Below, piece after piece: positions 20,901 through 33,500 of a stretch of 59,891 nt of DNA. The stretch covers positions 1 through 59,891 of IMG/VR virus record IMGVR_UViG_3300025093_000023; one strand, written 5' to 3'. The translations under genes and the position numbers were made by a program. The notes beneath the pieces were generated by a model. That model was not told where the DNA came from. It saw only the letters and a list, made by a program, of their open reading frames with translations, and ran no database searches. Source of the stretch: a virus. Lineage: Duplodnaviria; Caudoviricetes. The first letter of the stretch is position 1. Each line of letters starts with the position of its first letter.

Positions 20901-21787
20901 AACCATTTGAAGCGCTTGATCCAAACCAGTTACTTGGTGAACAATATGCAATGGCTACAAGTGGAGTGCAACCAGTTTTTGCCCAAGGTTATCAACCTAG
21001 TCTTAGAGTACCTTATGACATTTCACTACAGGCTGCAAAGAATGATGTGATTTCACAAAGTAGAACTCTTCAAAGAAATCCAGCATTACAAAATAATCCA
21101 GCTGCTCTAGCATTAGCACAAGCTCCTACATATGCTGCGCTCAACAAACTCAATGAAACTGAGTTTATTGCAAACCAGAGAATGAAGGATGCTGTATACT
21201 CTGCTAACATTGATGCACTCAATAAGGCAAAGCTTGTGAATATTGGAATCTTTGATCAACAACAAGATAGGCTAGCAGAAGCTACAGCTAAGACACGTAC
21301 ACAAAATATAGACATCTTGAATTCTATATCTGATAAGTATGCTCAGAGAAGACGTGAGGATAGACTAGAAAGAATATACTCCAACTTATATCCAACTTAT
21401 CAGTATGATGAAGATGGAAACATAAGAGTTGTTCGAGGAACTACATTCAACACAGGACAAGGTAACACAGGCATATCTCCATTTATAATAGGGGGAGGCA
21501 TAGGTGGTGGCCAAGGTTTGCAACAACTTCCAGGAGTGATAGGAGGAATACAATCTATTCTAGGAGCACAACAAGAGTTTAATCAACAGCGAGGTCCTCA
21601 AATAAAACGAGGTGCAATCAATAGAGCAATGCAAAATTTTGATCCTAATGACATATATGATTATGTAGATCCAAATCAGAATAATATGTATATGCCAATT
21701 AATGAAGGGGTTGCTAAAAAAGGTAAGACAGTGAAGAAAAAGAATTATAAGAACAGTAACATCCTAAAAGCACTAAGAGGTTTATAA
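17963..21787 (+). CDS. Virion cargo/ejection protein with Gly-rich membrane-like segment and putative peptidoglycan-binding motif
   Basis: 1274 aa; glycine-zipper GGKIGGTIGSLFGPIGSAVGGFLG; VKDYQKAFN...KVDGKFGQQT; repeated xQxGG linkers. Confidence 0.55.
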   Translation: MKAEFLKIAGVKSEAEFYKKFPNEEAFMKKHGKAVKKLMAKKAQIGATIPNIETPKGNPVPIQFTEEKLKDAAAKLTGFSDTGADTLQYTGGKSQEELRQEMMQMLQMQALQPKEEKKGGLLSQLSGLLGEGGLGDLISGGGIGGGQGGGTVTDFEVGPLEQIGAAEFQKGGKVSKDKLKKIEGELHKASKMHKSQANRIGKMLQKGGKVDKFEPHMMYDPKTGKGYKANKLEDHLRMEKLGYTHEPPKAQDGIGAPQFDFDIGDSGPSRMGRYNADGSPESFLQGANRIYQSDAVQNFAIPIVSDIMAFSDQTKAQKQNLALAKQARQVAEITLQAAKTEPEKVERQYVRPEDVENTGEEFFPIYGVGTNILRNGGMFSDPGYVPLQNVNQVKSFGKGGVLGSNSYLVPKAQGGFDMSNISYGGGQAGGIGMQLGDMAGFNNDAGSNLGGKIGGTIGSLFGPIGSAVGGFLGSGIGDLLDRDDRRTRIEQERAERATKELAYSTIAPQIQAGYASHMKQGGKISANPTLLDTMAMGGDVKTTWGGKVETVSYNPYAGGESIEFKGNSHDYVDPRTGQTGIGVAYGKQSVANNEAVVEVENEPAQQLRDGGGTENLVVYGDLKIPEEYVAEIGDDRAKGKKFKNYVSDVLNKDEAKINKKMEKAADLGLESDNTVFGQLERATADAIINGGDMKLKNIAEKKNILADLQSALNDTFDEYGIKGNEFINKNKITEDPERVMNNMAKSGIEINPENKGKFTAWAKERGMSVAEAANKVMANTDEYSPGVVKMANFAKNARKFKKGQDGLTLKQLPEEFETEAEAIAAGYKKQPDGTFIKEEEILGEETIDRSAEAMENIPTGQSRQDSGFYGNVSQSDFAELQAANSWYDWENFDPSDEASVKDYQKAFNERAKEAGSKARIKVDGKFGQQTASARYEEKKEQPKETVTRTAKVNEVTTEETTTVAPQSIPMLPMLDFRRRQPFEALDPNQLLGEQYAMATSGVQPVFAQGYQPSLRVPYDISLQAAKNDVISQSRTLQRNPALQNNPAALALAQAPTYAALNKLNETEFIANQRMKDAVYSANIDALNKAKLVNIGIFDQQQDRLAEATAKTRTQNIDILNSISDKYAQRRREDRLERIYSNLYPTYQYDEDGNIRVVRGTTFNTGQGNTGISPFIIGGGIGGGQGLQQLPGVIGGIQSILGAQQEFNQQRGPQIKRGAINRAMQNFDPNDIYDYVDPNQNNMYMPINEGVAKKGKTVKKKNYKNSNILKALRGL

Positions 21788-21860
21788 TCAAATTGATTAT
21801 AAAACATTACCAAAACCTGTTAGTGATTCTTGGATAATAAAATTAATCATATTACATTTG
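21781..21860 (+). promoter_or_regulatory. Perfect 23-bp palindrome (21781-21803) plus -7 box TACATTTG (21853-21860)
   Basis: TTTATAATCAA-A-TTGATTATAAA; TAnnTTTG consensus 7 nt before the ATG at 21868. Confidence 0.7.
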
Positions 21861-21867
21861 TTAAATT

Positions 21868-24552
21868 ATGGCAACATATAAAGACCCATATAATCTAACG
21901 TTCAAGCCTTATGTAGAGCAAAGACCTGTTGAAGCAATGAGACAGGTTGGTCTATATAAGCAGCAGCGCTATGACATGGGGGTACAGAAAATACAAGAAA
22001 GCATTGACAACATTGCTGGTCTTGACGTGGTTAGAGATGTGGACAGGAAGTATCTTCAGTCAAAACTTAACCAGCTAGGTAGTCAATTATCTTCAGTTGC
22101 TGGAGCTGATTTTTCTAATTTTCAGCTAGTCAATTCTGTAAATGGAATGACTAATCAAATAGTAAAAGATCCTAACGTAATAAACGCTGTTGGTTCTGCT
22201 GCTAGATATAGAAAAGCCCTAGAGGACAGACAAAAGATTGTACAGGATGGTAAAGGTTCTGCATCCAATGATTGGATGTTTGATAGTCAAGCTAATGAAT
22301 GGCTAAACAGTGATGATATCACTGCACAGTATAACGGTATGTATCGTCCATACAAAGACTATAATAAAGCTGCTCAAGCTATAGTGAAAGGGTTAGCTAA
22401 AGATAGTACAACTAATGATGTTGCTTTTCAATACGATGCTAATGGAAACATTGTTGGTATATTAGATGCTATTACAAGAACTAAGATAGAGGGAATCACA
22501 CCAGAAAAAATACAAACAGCATTGATGGCAGGGTTAACGCCTGATGATTTCCAACAAATGCAAGTGGATGGTAGATATAAATACTCTAATGTGTCTCCTT
22601 CTGCATTTGTAAATGATATAAATTCAAAGTATCAATCTACATTCAGTAGATATTCTCAAGAAAGAGATAGACTTGTTGCTCTTAAAAATGCTGCATCAAG
22701 TGCTACTGAACAACAAAACTTACAGTCTCAAATTGAAGCTATTGACAGAAGTATAGAAGGAGTTAAGTCTGAATACAATAGTATATCTGCAGGTTTTGAA
22801 AGTGGTGAAGTTGAATCTGCAAAAGCTCAACTATACACTACAGACTGGATGGATAACTTCTCAAACTCTTTTTCAAGCTCAAGTGTTTCTCAAACATATC
22901 AAACTAACCCATTTGCTCAAATGCAAATAAGAAGAGATCAGATGCGTCAGGATGCAGAGATTGCACAGGATAAACTAGAAGAAACTAAAAGGTATAATAA
23001 CGAAAGACTTAGAATAGAGGAAGAGAAATTAAAATTGGCAAAGGATCCTTATGGTCCAGTTCAATTACCTACAAATAAAGACGCTACTAATGTAGACGTT
23101 ATTGCTGCTATGGAAAGCAATCGAGATAAGACAAAGAACTCTGTAGATGCACTAAAAAATAATTATAAGAACAAATATAAAGATGAAAATGGTAATCCAC
23201 TATCTGATGAAGCTTTTCAACAAGAGCTCATTGCATATGCAACCAATCCAAACTCAGTGTCTTGGGATAGAAGAGAACAATTAGATCAATATGTTCGTCA
23301 ACAAAAGCAATTGGCTGTTGAGAATGACATTATAATGAGAGCTAATGCTGAAGCTGATCAACTATATCAAGATAAGTTCTTAGCACAAATTCCTGAACAA
23401 TATAGAGGAGATACAATAAATGGATTTAATTATGCTCAGGCAGCTGCATTGTTTGATAGATTTAATAAAGAATATTATACTCCTACTACATTTAGACAAG
23501 GAAAAGATGCTTTAGGATTTGCTGACCCTGTAGCAACTCGTGAATCCTTTAATGAGGATAGAGCAGAGCAAGATTATATGAATAATAGATTAAGTGATGA
23601 GGAATATGGATTGTACCAAATGTGGGCAGGAAATAAGGGCAGTAATCTTTATAGAGGAGATGTTAGTCCTAGTATGAAAGATGTAATTGATACAATAGAA
23701 GGCATATCTAATCAATCTATAAAACAAATTGAAGAAGATAGGCAAAAATATATTAGAGATTACTATCAGCAAAATTATGCAATTGGTCAAGAACAAGCAT
23801 ATAGAGTTCCTCTTGGGGATGCAAAACAAAAAGATGCATTTAGACCTGTTCTTAATTCTTTAGCTGAGGTAGCTGAGAGATCTGGTGGGTTACCAGGTTT
23901 TGAAGAAGATGCAGAAACTATTAGAACTATTGCTGCTGACTTGCAAGGTGCTATGGTGATTACAGATTCTCAAGGAAACTATAGAATCAATGCTACTAAC
24001 ACCAAAGGAACAAGCATTAGTATACCTATAAACCAAGAAATCTATGATAGTGTATTTCGAGGTAGGTTTGAACCTAGTCCTGCTGTATCAGCATTTAATC
24101 AAATGTACCTTCCAAAGATGTTATCTACACCATCTTCTTTGTTTGAAACAAAAGACAAACAAGGTAACACTATTTATGCAAAAACACCAACATCATACTA
24201 TTCAACATCTATAGATGGAGAATATAACACTACATTAAATAATGCATACTTAAGTGGACCCACTGACTTTCCAAATGTACAATACTATGGGGTGAGTGGT
24301 AATATTGTAAGTGATGCAAAGCCTACAGACTCTGATTCATTTAAGATTCAACTCAACGTATATGATCCAGTGAAGCAAAAAGTTGTATTAGAAAACTATT
24401 TACTTCCTGCTAGAATAGATAAAGCCTCTCTTGTACCAACATTACAACAATTAACAGATGAGGTGTTATGGCAGTTAATCAATAACACTGAAAAAGATAT
24501 GCCTACTTCTGAAATAATAAAGTTACAAGAAGCATCGCAAAAAATGCAATAA
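21868..24552 (+). CDS. Virion cargo/ejection protein (helical)
   Basis: 894 aa, coiled-coil rich, immediately upstream of the virion RNAP. Confidence 0.6.
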   Translation: MATYKDPYNLTFKPYVEQRPVEAMRQVGLYKQQRYDMGVQKIQESIDNIAGLDVVRDVDRKYLQSKLNQLGSQLSSVAGADFSNFQLVNSVNGMTNQIVKDPNVINAVGSAARYRKALEDRQKIVQDGKGSASNDWMFDSQANEWLNSDDITAQYNGMYRPYKDYNKAAQAIVKGLAKDSTTNDVAFQYDANGNIVGILDAITRTKIEGITPEKIQTALMAGLTPDDFQQMQVDGRYKYSNVSPSAFVNDINSKYQSTFSRYSQERDRLVALKNAASSATEQQNLQSQIEAIDRSIEGVKSEYNSISAGFESGEVESAKAQLYTTDWMDNFSNSFSSSSVSQTYQTNPFAQMQIRRDQMRQDAEIAQDKLEETKRYNNERLRIEEEKLKLAKDPYGPVQLPTNKDATNVDVIAAMESNRDKTKNSVDALKNNYKNKYKDENGNPLSDEAFQQELIAYATNPNSVSWDRREQLDQYVRQQKQLAVENDIIMRANAEADQLYQDKFLAQIPEQYRGDTINGFNYAQAAALFDRFNKEYYTPTTFRQGKDALGFADPVATRESFNEDRAEQDYMNNRLSDEEYGLYQMWAGNKGSNLYRGDVSPSMKDVIDTIEGISNQSIKQIEEDRQKYIRDYYQQNYAIGQEQAYRVPLGDAKQKDAFRPVLNSLAEVAERSGGLPGFEEDAETIRTIAADLQGAMVITDSQGNYRINATNTKGTSISIPINQEIYDSVFRGRFEPSPAVSAFNQMYLPKMLSTPSSLFETKDKQGNTIYAKTPTSYYSTSIDGEYNTTLNNAYLSGPTDFPNVQYYGVSGNIVSDAKPTDSDSFKIQLNVYDPVKQKVVLENYLLPARIDKASLVPTLQQLTDEVLWQLINNTEKDMPTSEIIKLQEASQKMQ

Positions 24553-24553
24553 T

Positions 24554-27500
24554 ATGGCAAAAGACAATTTACCAAAAGCACAACGTGGGAAAACGGTAAT
24601 ACCTCCTCCAACACAACTATCCACTCCTAATCCTTTGCTAAGCCAACAATTTATGCAACAAAGGTATGGTGGATTTAGTGGAGCACGTACTGTTTCTCCT
24701 CTTCCAAGTGTACCCTATGTAAGTCCATATGCAGGGGTACAACCTCCTGATGCTCAAAATACGTCTGCCCTTTCTAACTTTCTAAAGTTTGCAAACACCA
24801 AACGTGATGATAGTGGTGGTGGTAAAATGAGAACCCTTGACGAGTATGCTGGTAATGAGAAAGGTAGATATGATTACTTTATGCCAGGTGACTTTGATAA
24901 TGAAGATGCTGCTGCACAAGGTCAAAGTTTTGGTGCTAAAATGGTAAATGGTGTTAGTAAAGGACTTTTACTTACAGGTACAACTTTCTTACAGTCAACT
25001 GTAGGACTTGTTAATGGAACTTACCAAGCAATTGCAGATGGTAAGTTTTCTTCGTTTTATGATAACGAGTTTAACAGAGCATTAGATGAGATAAATAAGT
25101 ATGCAGAGGATGCACTACCAAACTATTACACTGCTGAAGAAAGAGATGCTAGTTGGTATTCTCCTAAGTATTGGGCTACAGGTAACTTCTTATGGGATGG
25201 TGTTGTAAAGAATTTAGGATTTGCTGCTGGTGCTGCTTTATCAGGAGGTGTATATACTAGCACACTAAAGTCTCTTCCATATGCCTCAAGATTATTTTCT
25301 GTTGGTAAAGGAGCAGAAACACTTGCTGCAACAGAGGCTGGTATTGCTTCAGGTGCAAGTAAAGTGGCTGAAACCTATGGTAAGATAAGAGGACTGTCTG
25401 ATAAGTTTCTATCTAATTACAATACATTAAACCCTGCAGGAAGAGCTGTTGTTGCAGGATTAGCAACTACTGGTGAAGCAGGTATAGAAGCCTTACATAG
25501 TAGCAATGAGTTTAGACAAAGACTCATTGATGAACATGTAGAGCAATATGGTGTACCACCAACAGGTGCTGCTCTTCAAGCTATTAATGATGCTGCAGAA
25601 GGATCAGGTAATGCTACATTCTTTGCTAATGTTGGAATACTAACAGCCACTAACTATATTCAGTTTCCAAAGATATTAGGAAGTACATATAGAGGAGAGA
25701 AAGGAATAGCTAACGGACTTGTTAGAGAGATAGATGATATTGTTTATGAGGGTGGTAAATATGTAAAACCAAAAACAAAATATCCATTCTTGTCTAGAAT
25801 AAATAAGATAAGACCATACACATTCTCTACATCAGAAGCTTTTGAAGAGGTGGCTCAGTATAGTGCTACAGTGGCTACACAAGACTATTATAACAAAGCA
25901 CGTAATGGTGAAGCTACTAGCTGGCTAAACTCTATTGGTGTTGGTATTACAAAAGGTGCATTTAGTGATGAGGGTGCTAAGAACGCTCTTATTGGTGGAT
26001 TGTCTGGAGCAATCATGTTAGGTAGAGGAAGATATAGAGGTGATAAAGCTAGAAGACAAAACACAGCTCAAGCACTCAAGGATCTTAATAATGCTAATCT
26101 ATCAGACTTTACAAAAGAAACTATCGATGCTGTAAATAGAGGAACTGTATTACAACAAGAAAGAGAAGCTGCTATTAAGAGTGGTGATATTCTAAACAGT
26201 AAAGACTTAGAGAAAGATTATATCATTAACTACCTTACACCTAGAATTAAGTATGGTAGATATGATTTAGTAAAATCTGATATTGCTGAGTATAGAAAGC
26301 TTGCTAGTACAGAAGAAGGCTTTGCACAATTGCAAGCTGAAGGTAAAGCTCTTGAATCAGATACAAGAGAAGCATACTTAGAAAGACTTGGTCGCTTTGA
26401 ACAAACAGCAGACAATGTAAAGTCTTTATACCAATCACTTAACTTACGTTACTCAGGACAAGTAGATGAGAATGGAAAACCCATTTATAGTAATGACGTA
26501 ATTAATAAGATGATATACGCTGCTACTAAGGTGGCAGACTATGACCAAAGAATAATGGACCTAATGGGTCCTCTTACAGCTGCAGGTGTTAACACTTCTG
26601 AAGTTATAGACCAACTTATTGCTGGTAACTCAGAGGCATTTAATGAAGCTATTGCATCTATTGAAGAGATGGATATTATTGAGGAAGAAAAAGAAACACT
26701 TGCTCAATCATTAGAAGATGCATCAGAGCTTGCACTAAGAAGACAATCTTTCCTACAGGCTTACCAAGATATTAAAGAAAACCCTAAGAAGTATTCAGAA
26801 GCTCCTATAGTAGAAGAAGATGTTCCTACTGGCCCTGTTGAAACTGTTACAGTTAAGACTAAGCAAGGAGATAAAGATATTGAGATAGGAACTCCATACT
26901 TTGTTGGTAAGGGTGTAGACTACTCTAAAGACCCTCTAGATGCTCCTGTACCAATTTCTGAGTTTGTTGTACAGAAGGTAAATGAAGATGGAACATTAGA
27001 AATAAAAACTCAGAACGGAGAGGTAAAGAATGTTTCTCCTGATGTTCTTGAAGACTTTAAGATTGGTAAGACTAGCACACTAAGAAGTAATAAGACAGCT
27101 AATTATTATTACAATCACAGAAACGAAATCTTTGAATTTAACTTTGGTAAAAACTTTGGTGGTAAACGAAGAGGTAGACTTGAATACCAAGATGATAAAC
27201 TTTACTTTGTATATCTAACTCCAAAAGGAAAGGTGGCAAGAAAAGAGCTTAACAACTCTTACTTTGTTACACAAGAAGGTTATTCACAACCTAGAATTAC
27301 TAAAGTGGGATCTGTAGAGAACCAACAGCAGAAAGACTCTAGAATAGGGTTTATGTCTCCATCAGAACTAAAGGCACAGAAAGCTACACTTGCTAAAAAC
27401 AGAGAGGCTAGACTTGAAGTGCTTACACAATTAGGTGAAGAGGCTAAAGAAAGTTTAGAAGAAACAAATAAGAAGCTTGCACAGCAAACTGAAAAGCTGG

Positions 27501-30500
27501 CTAAGATAGAAGAAGACTTAGCAAATATAGCTAAGATGAAAGAGGCTGGTCCAACTGGTCCTAAAATTAAGCTCAACTTTTCAAAGGCTACAAAAGTGTT
27601 TACAAAAGCACTTAACAATCTTACAGCTATGCAAGCTGATGTAGAAGCTGAGATTGATAGTCTTAATAGTCAGAAAGAAGAACTTGAACTTAACATATCT
27701 TACTTCCAAGACTTTGCTAATCAAATCACTGATGCTCCTGAAGACAGTGGAGAGTTTTTAAGAGAACTTAAAAGACAAGTGGCATTATTAGTTGATAATG
27801 GCAAAAACTTAAACAACGCTCTATCTGCAGCTAAGAAACTTTCAAAGAGTGCAGAGAAAGCTATTAAATCAGCAGCTAAGTTATTTAGAAAAACACTTAA
27901 GCAAACATATATAGTTGATCAAGATTACTCACAGTATCTAAGTGACCTATTAGATCAAGTGGTGTCTGGAGAAAACTTACAAGAAACATGGCCTCTTTTA
28001 AAACAAGAGATGGCCAACTTTGCTCTTACAGCTGATTTATCAAAAGATGCTACAGTAAATGAAGCAGACCTCTTAAACTCTATTAATGATGTAAAGCAAA
28101 TAGAGAAAGACTTAGCTGACCTACGATCTGAATATAAAGCTAGAAAGATTATTGTAGATAGATTTGATTCTATCATGAAGGAATATCTTGAACAGCAAAA
28201 GCAAGAGCAAGAAACAGCAGCTAAACTTAATCAAGTGATGGCTACTGCAGACAAGGGAACACCTACTAATTCTTTTGACACTAGATTTGAGCCTGTATCT
28301 AAAAAGTCCAACGAGATTATATACAGAGCTACAGTGGCTCCTGAAACAGGAAAAGATCATCAAACTAGAGCTAACCAGTTTGGAATAGACTTAAACTCAT
28401 TTGAAAACAGAGACAAGATACGTGCTTTGTTTGTGACATCTAAAACACAAGAACAACTTCTACCAGGTGTAGTTGAGTATATGTTAGAGGGAGATCCTGC
28501 ACTTATAGAACAGTTTAAAGACTCAATGATTATCATGGTGATGGTTAACGAGAATGGAGAACTAGTTGGTGTTGATGGACAACCTATACCTCAAGGGCAA
28601 CCTTTGTTAGAGAATGCTATTTACCAGGCAATGCCTGAAGCTGGTTTTAGAAATGGAGAGATGTTCAGAGAGGACACTCCTCAAGAGGTGAAGGACGCAA
28701 TCAATAAACAATACAAGGAGAGAAGAGATAATATACTAGAGCAAACAGCACTAGGTATACCACAAGAGATTGAAGCATCTTTTGGTATTCCTCAGATTGA
28801 TAAAGATGCTAGAACATCTGTACAAGATGCAGGACTAGTCGATGATGTAGATTTACAAGATGAACTAGTTTTATTTGTTCCAACAACTAATAAGAATGTT
28901 AGTAAGGGAACTGTCGCATATAATACACCACTTGGAGCTGTGTTCTTAGAAACGCCAAATGGATATGTAAAACTTAAAAACAGATTACACACAAAGAAAG
29001 AAGCTACAGCTATATTTGATTCTATTCTACAGCTAGCTAAGAATATGATTGATCCTGGACAAGGAATAACCAGTGATAGTTCTGTTCGTATTCTTGATTT
29101 CTTAAGAGGTGTAACCTATTGGGGTGTACCAACTGACCAACAAGGCAATAGAAAAGATGCTGGTAATAACAGTGTATTCTTCCAAAAAGATCCTCAGACA
29201 AATAGACTGATGTTAATCATTGGTAATCAAGGAGTTACATTTCAATTTACTCCTAGTCAACTAGAGGCAAATAAAGACCTAGTAATCTCTGCACTAGAAA
29301 ATATATATAATAATGTCACTGCTGCTAAAACAAAAGACATCAACAGATCTTTTGAGCAGATAACAGGTATTTCTCCAGAAGGAGGTATTGAGTCTGTTAC
29401 ATGGCCTAACTACCAAAGCTATCTTTTATCTAACAAGAATCCTGATGGATCTACAAGAGAAGACTTTGAGTTGCCTATCTATACAAACATGCAACCAAAA
29501 GAGGAAGGTAAGTTTAATAGAGTGGGTGTATACTTCTATGTAACAAATACAGCTGACGAGTTTGTAATACCAGAACCAAAAGCACAAGCTACTAATATTC
29601 CTATAAAGCAAAAGACATCATTTGTTTTAGATGGTAATACAACTAACACATACACTTCTCCAGAAGGTAAGAAGCTATTATTTAAAGCTTCTCCAAACGT
29701 AACAATAAACAACTACCAAGAAACAATTACAGTGCTACCAGGTGCTGACTTGGCTGAAGTGGCTGAATCAATAAATACTGCTGGAAAGGATTACAAACAA
29801 GTAATAAAGAAAACAGTATACAATGCTATTGCTCCACAGCTTACAAAAGAAAAAGCACAAGATGCTTTTGAAATGGAGTCAACTATTGGTGCACCTGCCA
29901 CTCCTGCACAACCAACACAACAAACTAGTGAGGTTGAAGTTGTAACTTACAAAGGCACTAAATATTCAGTTGATTTTAGTGTTGGTAGTGGAACAATAAC
30001 AAATTTAAAAACAGGAAAAGTTTTAGAGGGAGGAGTTACTTCTCCTGTAGGACAGGCTGTTGTAGATAAAGCAATAGCTCAACAAGACTCAGCAGAACAA
30101 ACAGAGATGGAAGTTACCATTGGTACACCTGAACAACAAGCTGAAGCTCAAGAGAAGATAGATAGCTTAGAAGATCAAATCAATAGCGCACTCTCTGATG
30201 CTAATTCAGAAGACTTACGTGTTAAGATAAATGAAGAGATTCAAATGTTTGAACCAGAGAACTGGACAGACGTAGAATCTTGGTTAAAACAAAACTTCCC
30301 TAACGTTCCTGTATTCAGAGTGAAGAATATTATTCAGGCTACTAATGGTAGACAAGCTTGGGGTATGTTTAAGGATGGTGCTATTTATGTATATGAGAAT
30401 GCAGAAACTGGTACAGCATACCATGAAGTGTTTGAAGCTGTATGGAAGATGTTTACAACCTCTGAAGAGCAGGCTAACATACTTAATGAGTTTAAAGCAC

Positions 30501-33500
30501 GTAAAGGAACATTTGTAGATAGACCTACAGGTGAGACAGTTAAGTTCTCTGAAGCTACACCAGCTCAAATCAAAGAACAACTAGCTGAAGAGTTTAGAGA
30601 CTTTGTACAAAAGAAACAAGGTGTTAAAGGACTTGGTGCTAGAATTGCTAAACTGTTTAGAGAGCTTAAAAAGTTTATTGAGAATGCTCTACTTGGTGAC
30701 AAAGCACAGAGCTTTACAGATGAGTTATTTAAACGTATAGGTAGTGGTTACTATAAGAAACGTATGCCATATGCTACACAGCTTTCTATGGCTCAGGAAG
30801 GTATTATAGATATAGAAGATGCGTTTGCTACATCAGACTCTGAGTTTAGAATCAAAACACTTAGTGATAGACAAACTTCAGATGCTGTTCAAGAGATGAC
30901 ATTCTTAATGTTGAATGATCTCATCAAGACAGATAAGAGTTTATTCACAATAGCAGATGATATCAATCAGAAAGACTTCTATGAGAAGCTTCTCCCTAGA
31001 GTGTTAGCAACTATCAGAAGTAAAGAAGTAGTTATCAACAATCTTATTAACAAAACAGAGAATCTTTCACAAGATCAGAAACAAAGACTCTTAGCTATAG
31101 TTGCACAGAATCGTCAACTAGAAAAAGATGTTGTTGTTGATTGGCCTAGACTTACAGAGAAACACAAAGAGTATATCAAGTCATACGGTATTCAGTTTGA
31201 TGAGAATGATGATTTACAGCTTAGTGATGAAGATAAAATCAAAGAGAGTAACAAGTTTGACGCTAGTAAGATAGATAGTTTTAGAAAAGCAAACACAGCT
31301 ATAAAATTATTGCTTGCTAGTAATCCTATTGTAGACAATAGTGGTAAGGCAGTTGTATCCAGCATCAATGGTAGATTGCTTAATCCAGTGAGTAAGATGT
31401 ACATCACACTGATGAACAAGCTACACACATCTACAAGTGTTGAAGATATGTTAGACAGATTAGGACAAATGTCTGTAGAGGATCCTACATATAGAACTCT
31501 ATATAAGCGTCTGACAAAACAAGACTACTCTGATGGAGCTGTTGATTTAAGTAATATAGAATCAACACATGCTCTTAATCTCATCTCAGGAATGTGGAAG
31601 ACATTTAAGAAACAATCTCCAGATGTAAAGAATGTATTTGTATTTGATAATGGAGAGATTGCTGTTGGTGATGCTGCTCTATCTAGCTCAGCTAACCAAC
31701 TTAGAAATGAGTACACAAGATCTATAGCTGTAAAGTCAAAAGCTGGTCAGGGATATTTTACATACAACGAACAGCAGAATGCATACTTTCCAAAGAAGAA
31801 AAAATTAAGAGATGTTAAGTTAGACACGCCTGCACGTATGATTAATTTCTTATCAACGTTAGGTGTACCATTTAGTACAACTGAATATAACAGACTAAGC
31901 TTTGCAAACAAGAAGCAATTCAAGGATGCTGTAAGTGGAATTAAAGAAAGTTTATTAAAGACAGATAAGGTGGTAACATTCTCTACTAAGTCTTTAGATA
32001 TAAACAAACGTCTTTTAGAACTTGGTATATTAAAAACAGCTGCTTCTAACCCAGAATTTAGTAGTACATATTTTAACTTACAAGGTGAGCGTGTACAAAC
32101 ATTCCTTGGACCTAACGCTGCTTCTGAGTTACATAATACACTTGTTAACATAGATAACCTAAATGAGTTAGCAGGTACACAATATGAATATCTTCTTAAA
32201 GATGTATTCACTCAGGGATCTAATCTTCTTGGTAGAATGTTTAATCTACAAACAGGTAAGAAAAGATCTGGTGCAAATGATTTATTTAAGGCTGGATATG
32301 TAGGAGGTATTATTGATGAACAAAAAGGTAGAAGCACACCTTCATCTAGGCTTACACAGAAACAAAGAATTGTACAAGAGCTCAATCTTAATATAGAGGG
32401 TAACTATTTAAATCTTGTACCAGGTGATGCAGGTATAGAGCACATGTTATACATGGGTAATCCAATAACTGCTAACGATCTTGCAAGAGGACTAGTAGAT
32501 GTAAATGAGATATTTAGAAAATACTTCCTATCAGAACTAGAACTATCTAGAGAAGATCGTCCAGTTGCTAAAGGTAGAGATAGTAAAGACTTACGTTTCT
32601 TTAAGGGTATTCTTGGTGATAAATTACATAATGATATAATCACCACAGAAGGTACACCAGAAGAAGTGTATACAATATATCAAGCTAAGATAAATCAAGC
32701 TATTCAGGATTACTTGAAAGCTGATATATCAAGAGTGTTGAGTTATTTAAATAGATTTGGAATAGTTAATGAAGAGGTTTCAGGTAGATATACATTAGAG
32801 AATGTTGACCTACCAATACAAATGACTCCTCAAGAGCTTAGTAGACAACTTACAGCAATGAGTGTTAATTACATGATTGCTAATATTGAGATGCATAAGC
32901 TTCTTTATTCAGATCCTTATCAATATAAAGATGAGTTGAAGCGTACTAAGAGTTTCCTATCTCCAAGACAGGCGCTTATTAATAACTCTCCTAAGATGAA
33001 CACTGCACTTAATAAAGTGTGGAACGAAGGTTTTGAGAAAGATGATATTGGATATACCAACTTCACACAGGATTATATGCGTACAGCATCTCACCAAGAT
33101 ATTGTAGGTGTTATAGATCTTCCAAACTATGAGAACTACGAAGAAACTGATGGTGGTGGTATTATATCTTTTAAAGCATATCGTAACTTTAGAATCAGAG
33201 CTGGTGAGTGGAATGAAAATGAAGAGAAGCAATACAGATATGATGTTGCTTATGAAAAGCGTGCTAAGGGACTAACATTGTCTACAGCTGAGGTGAATCT
33301 TCTTAAAGAACCAAACCCTGCAGTGCAGAGTGCATACACCTCTCTAAAACCTATTGTATCAGGAGCTAAGCTTGGATATACATATAACAATGTTGTACTT
33401 GACAAGTATGCATTGTATCCTTTATCTTACCGAGTGATGAATGAGATTAACTCTGAGTCAAATGGACTTAAGCTTTACAACAAGATGCAGGATGAGAACA

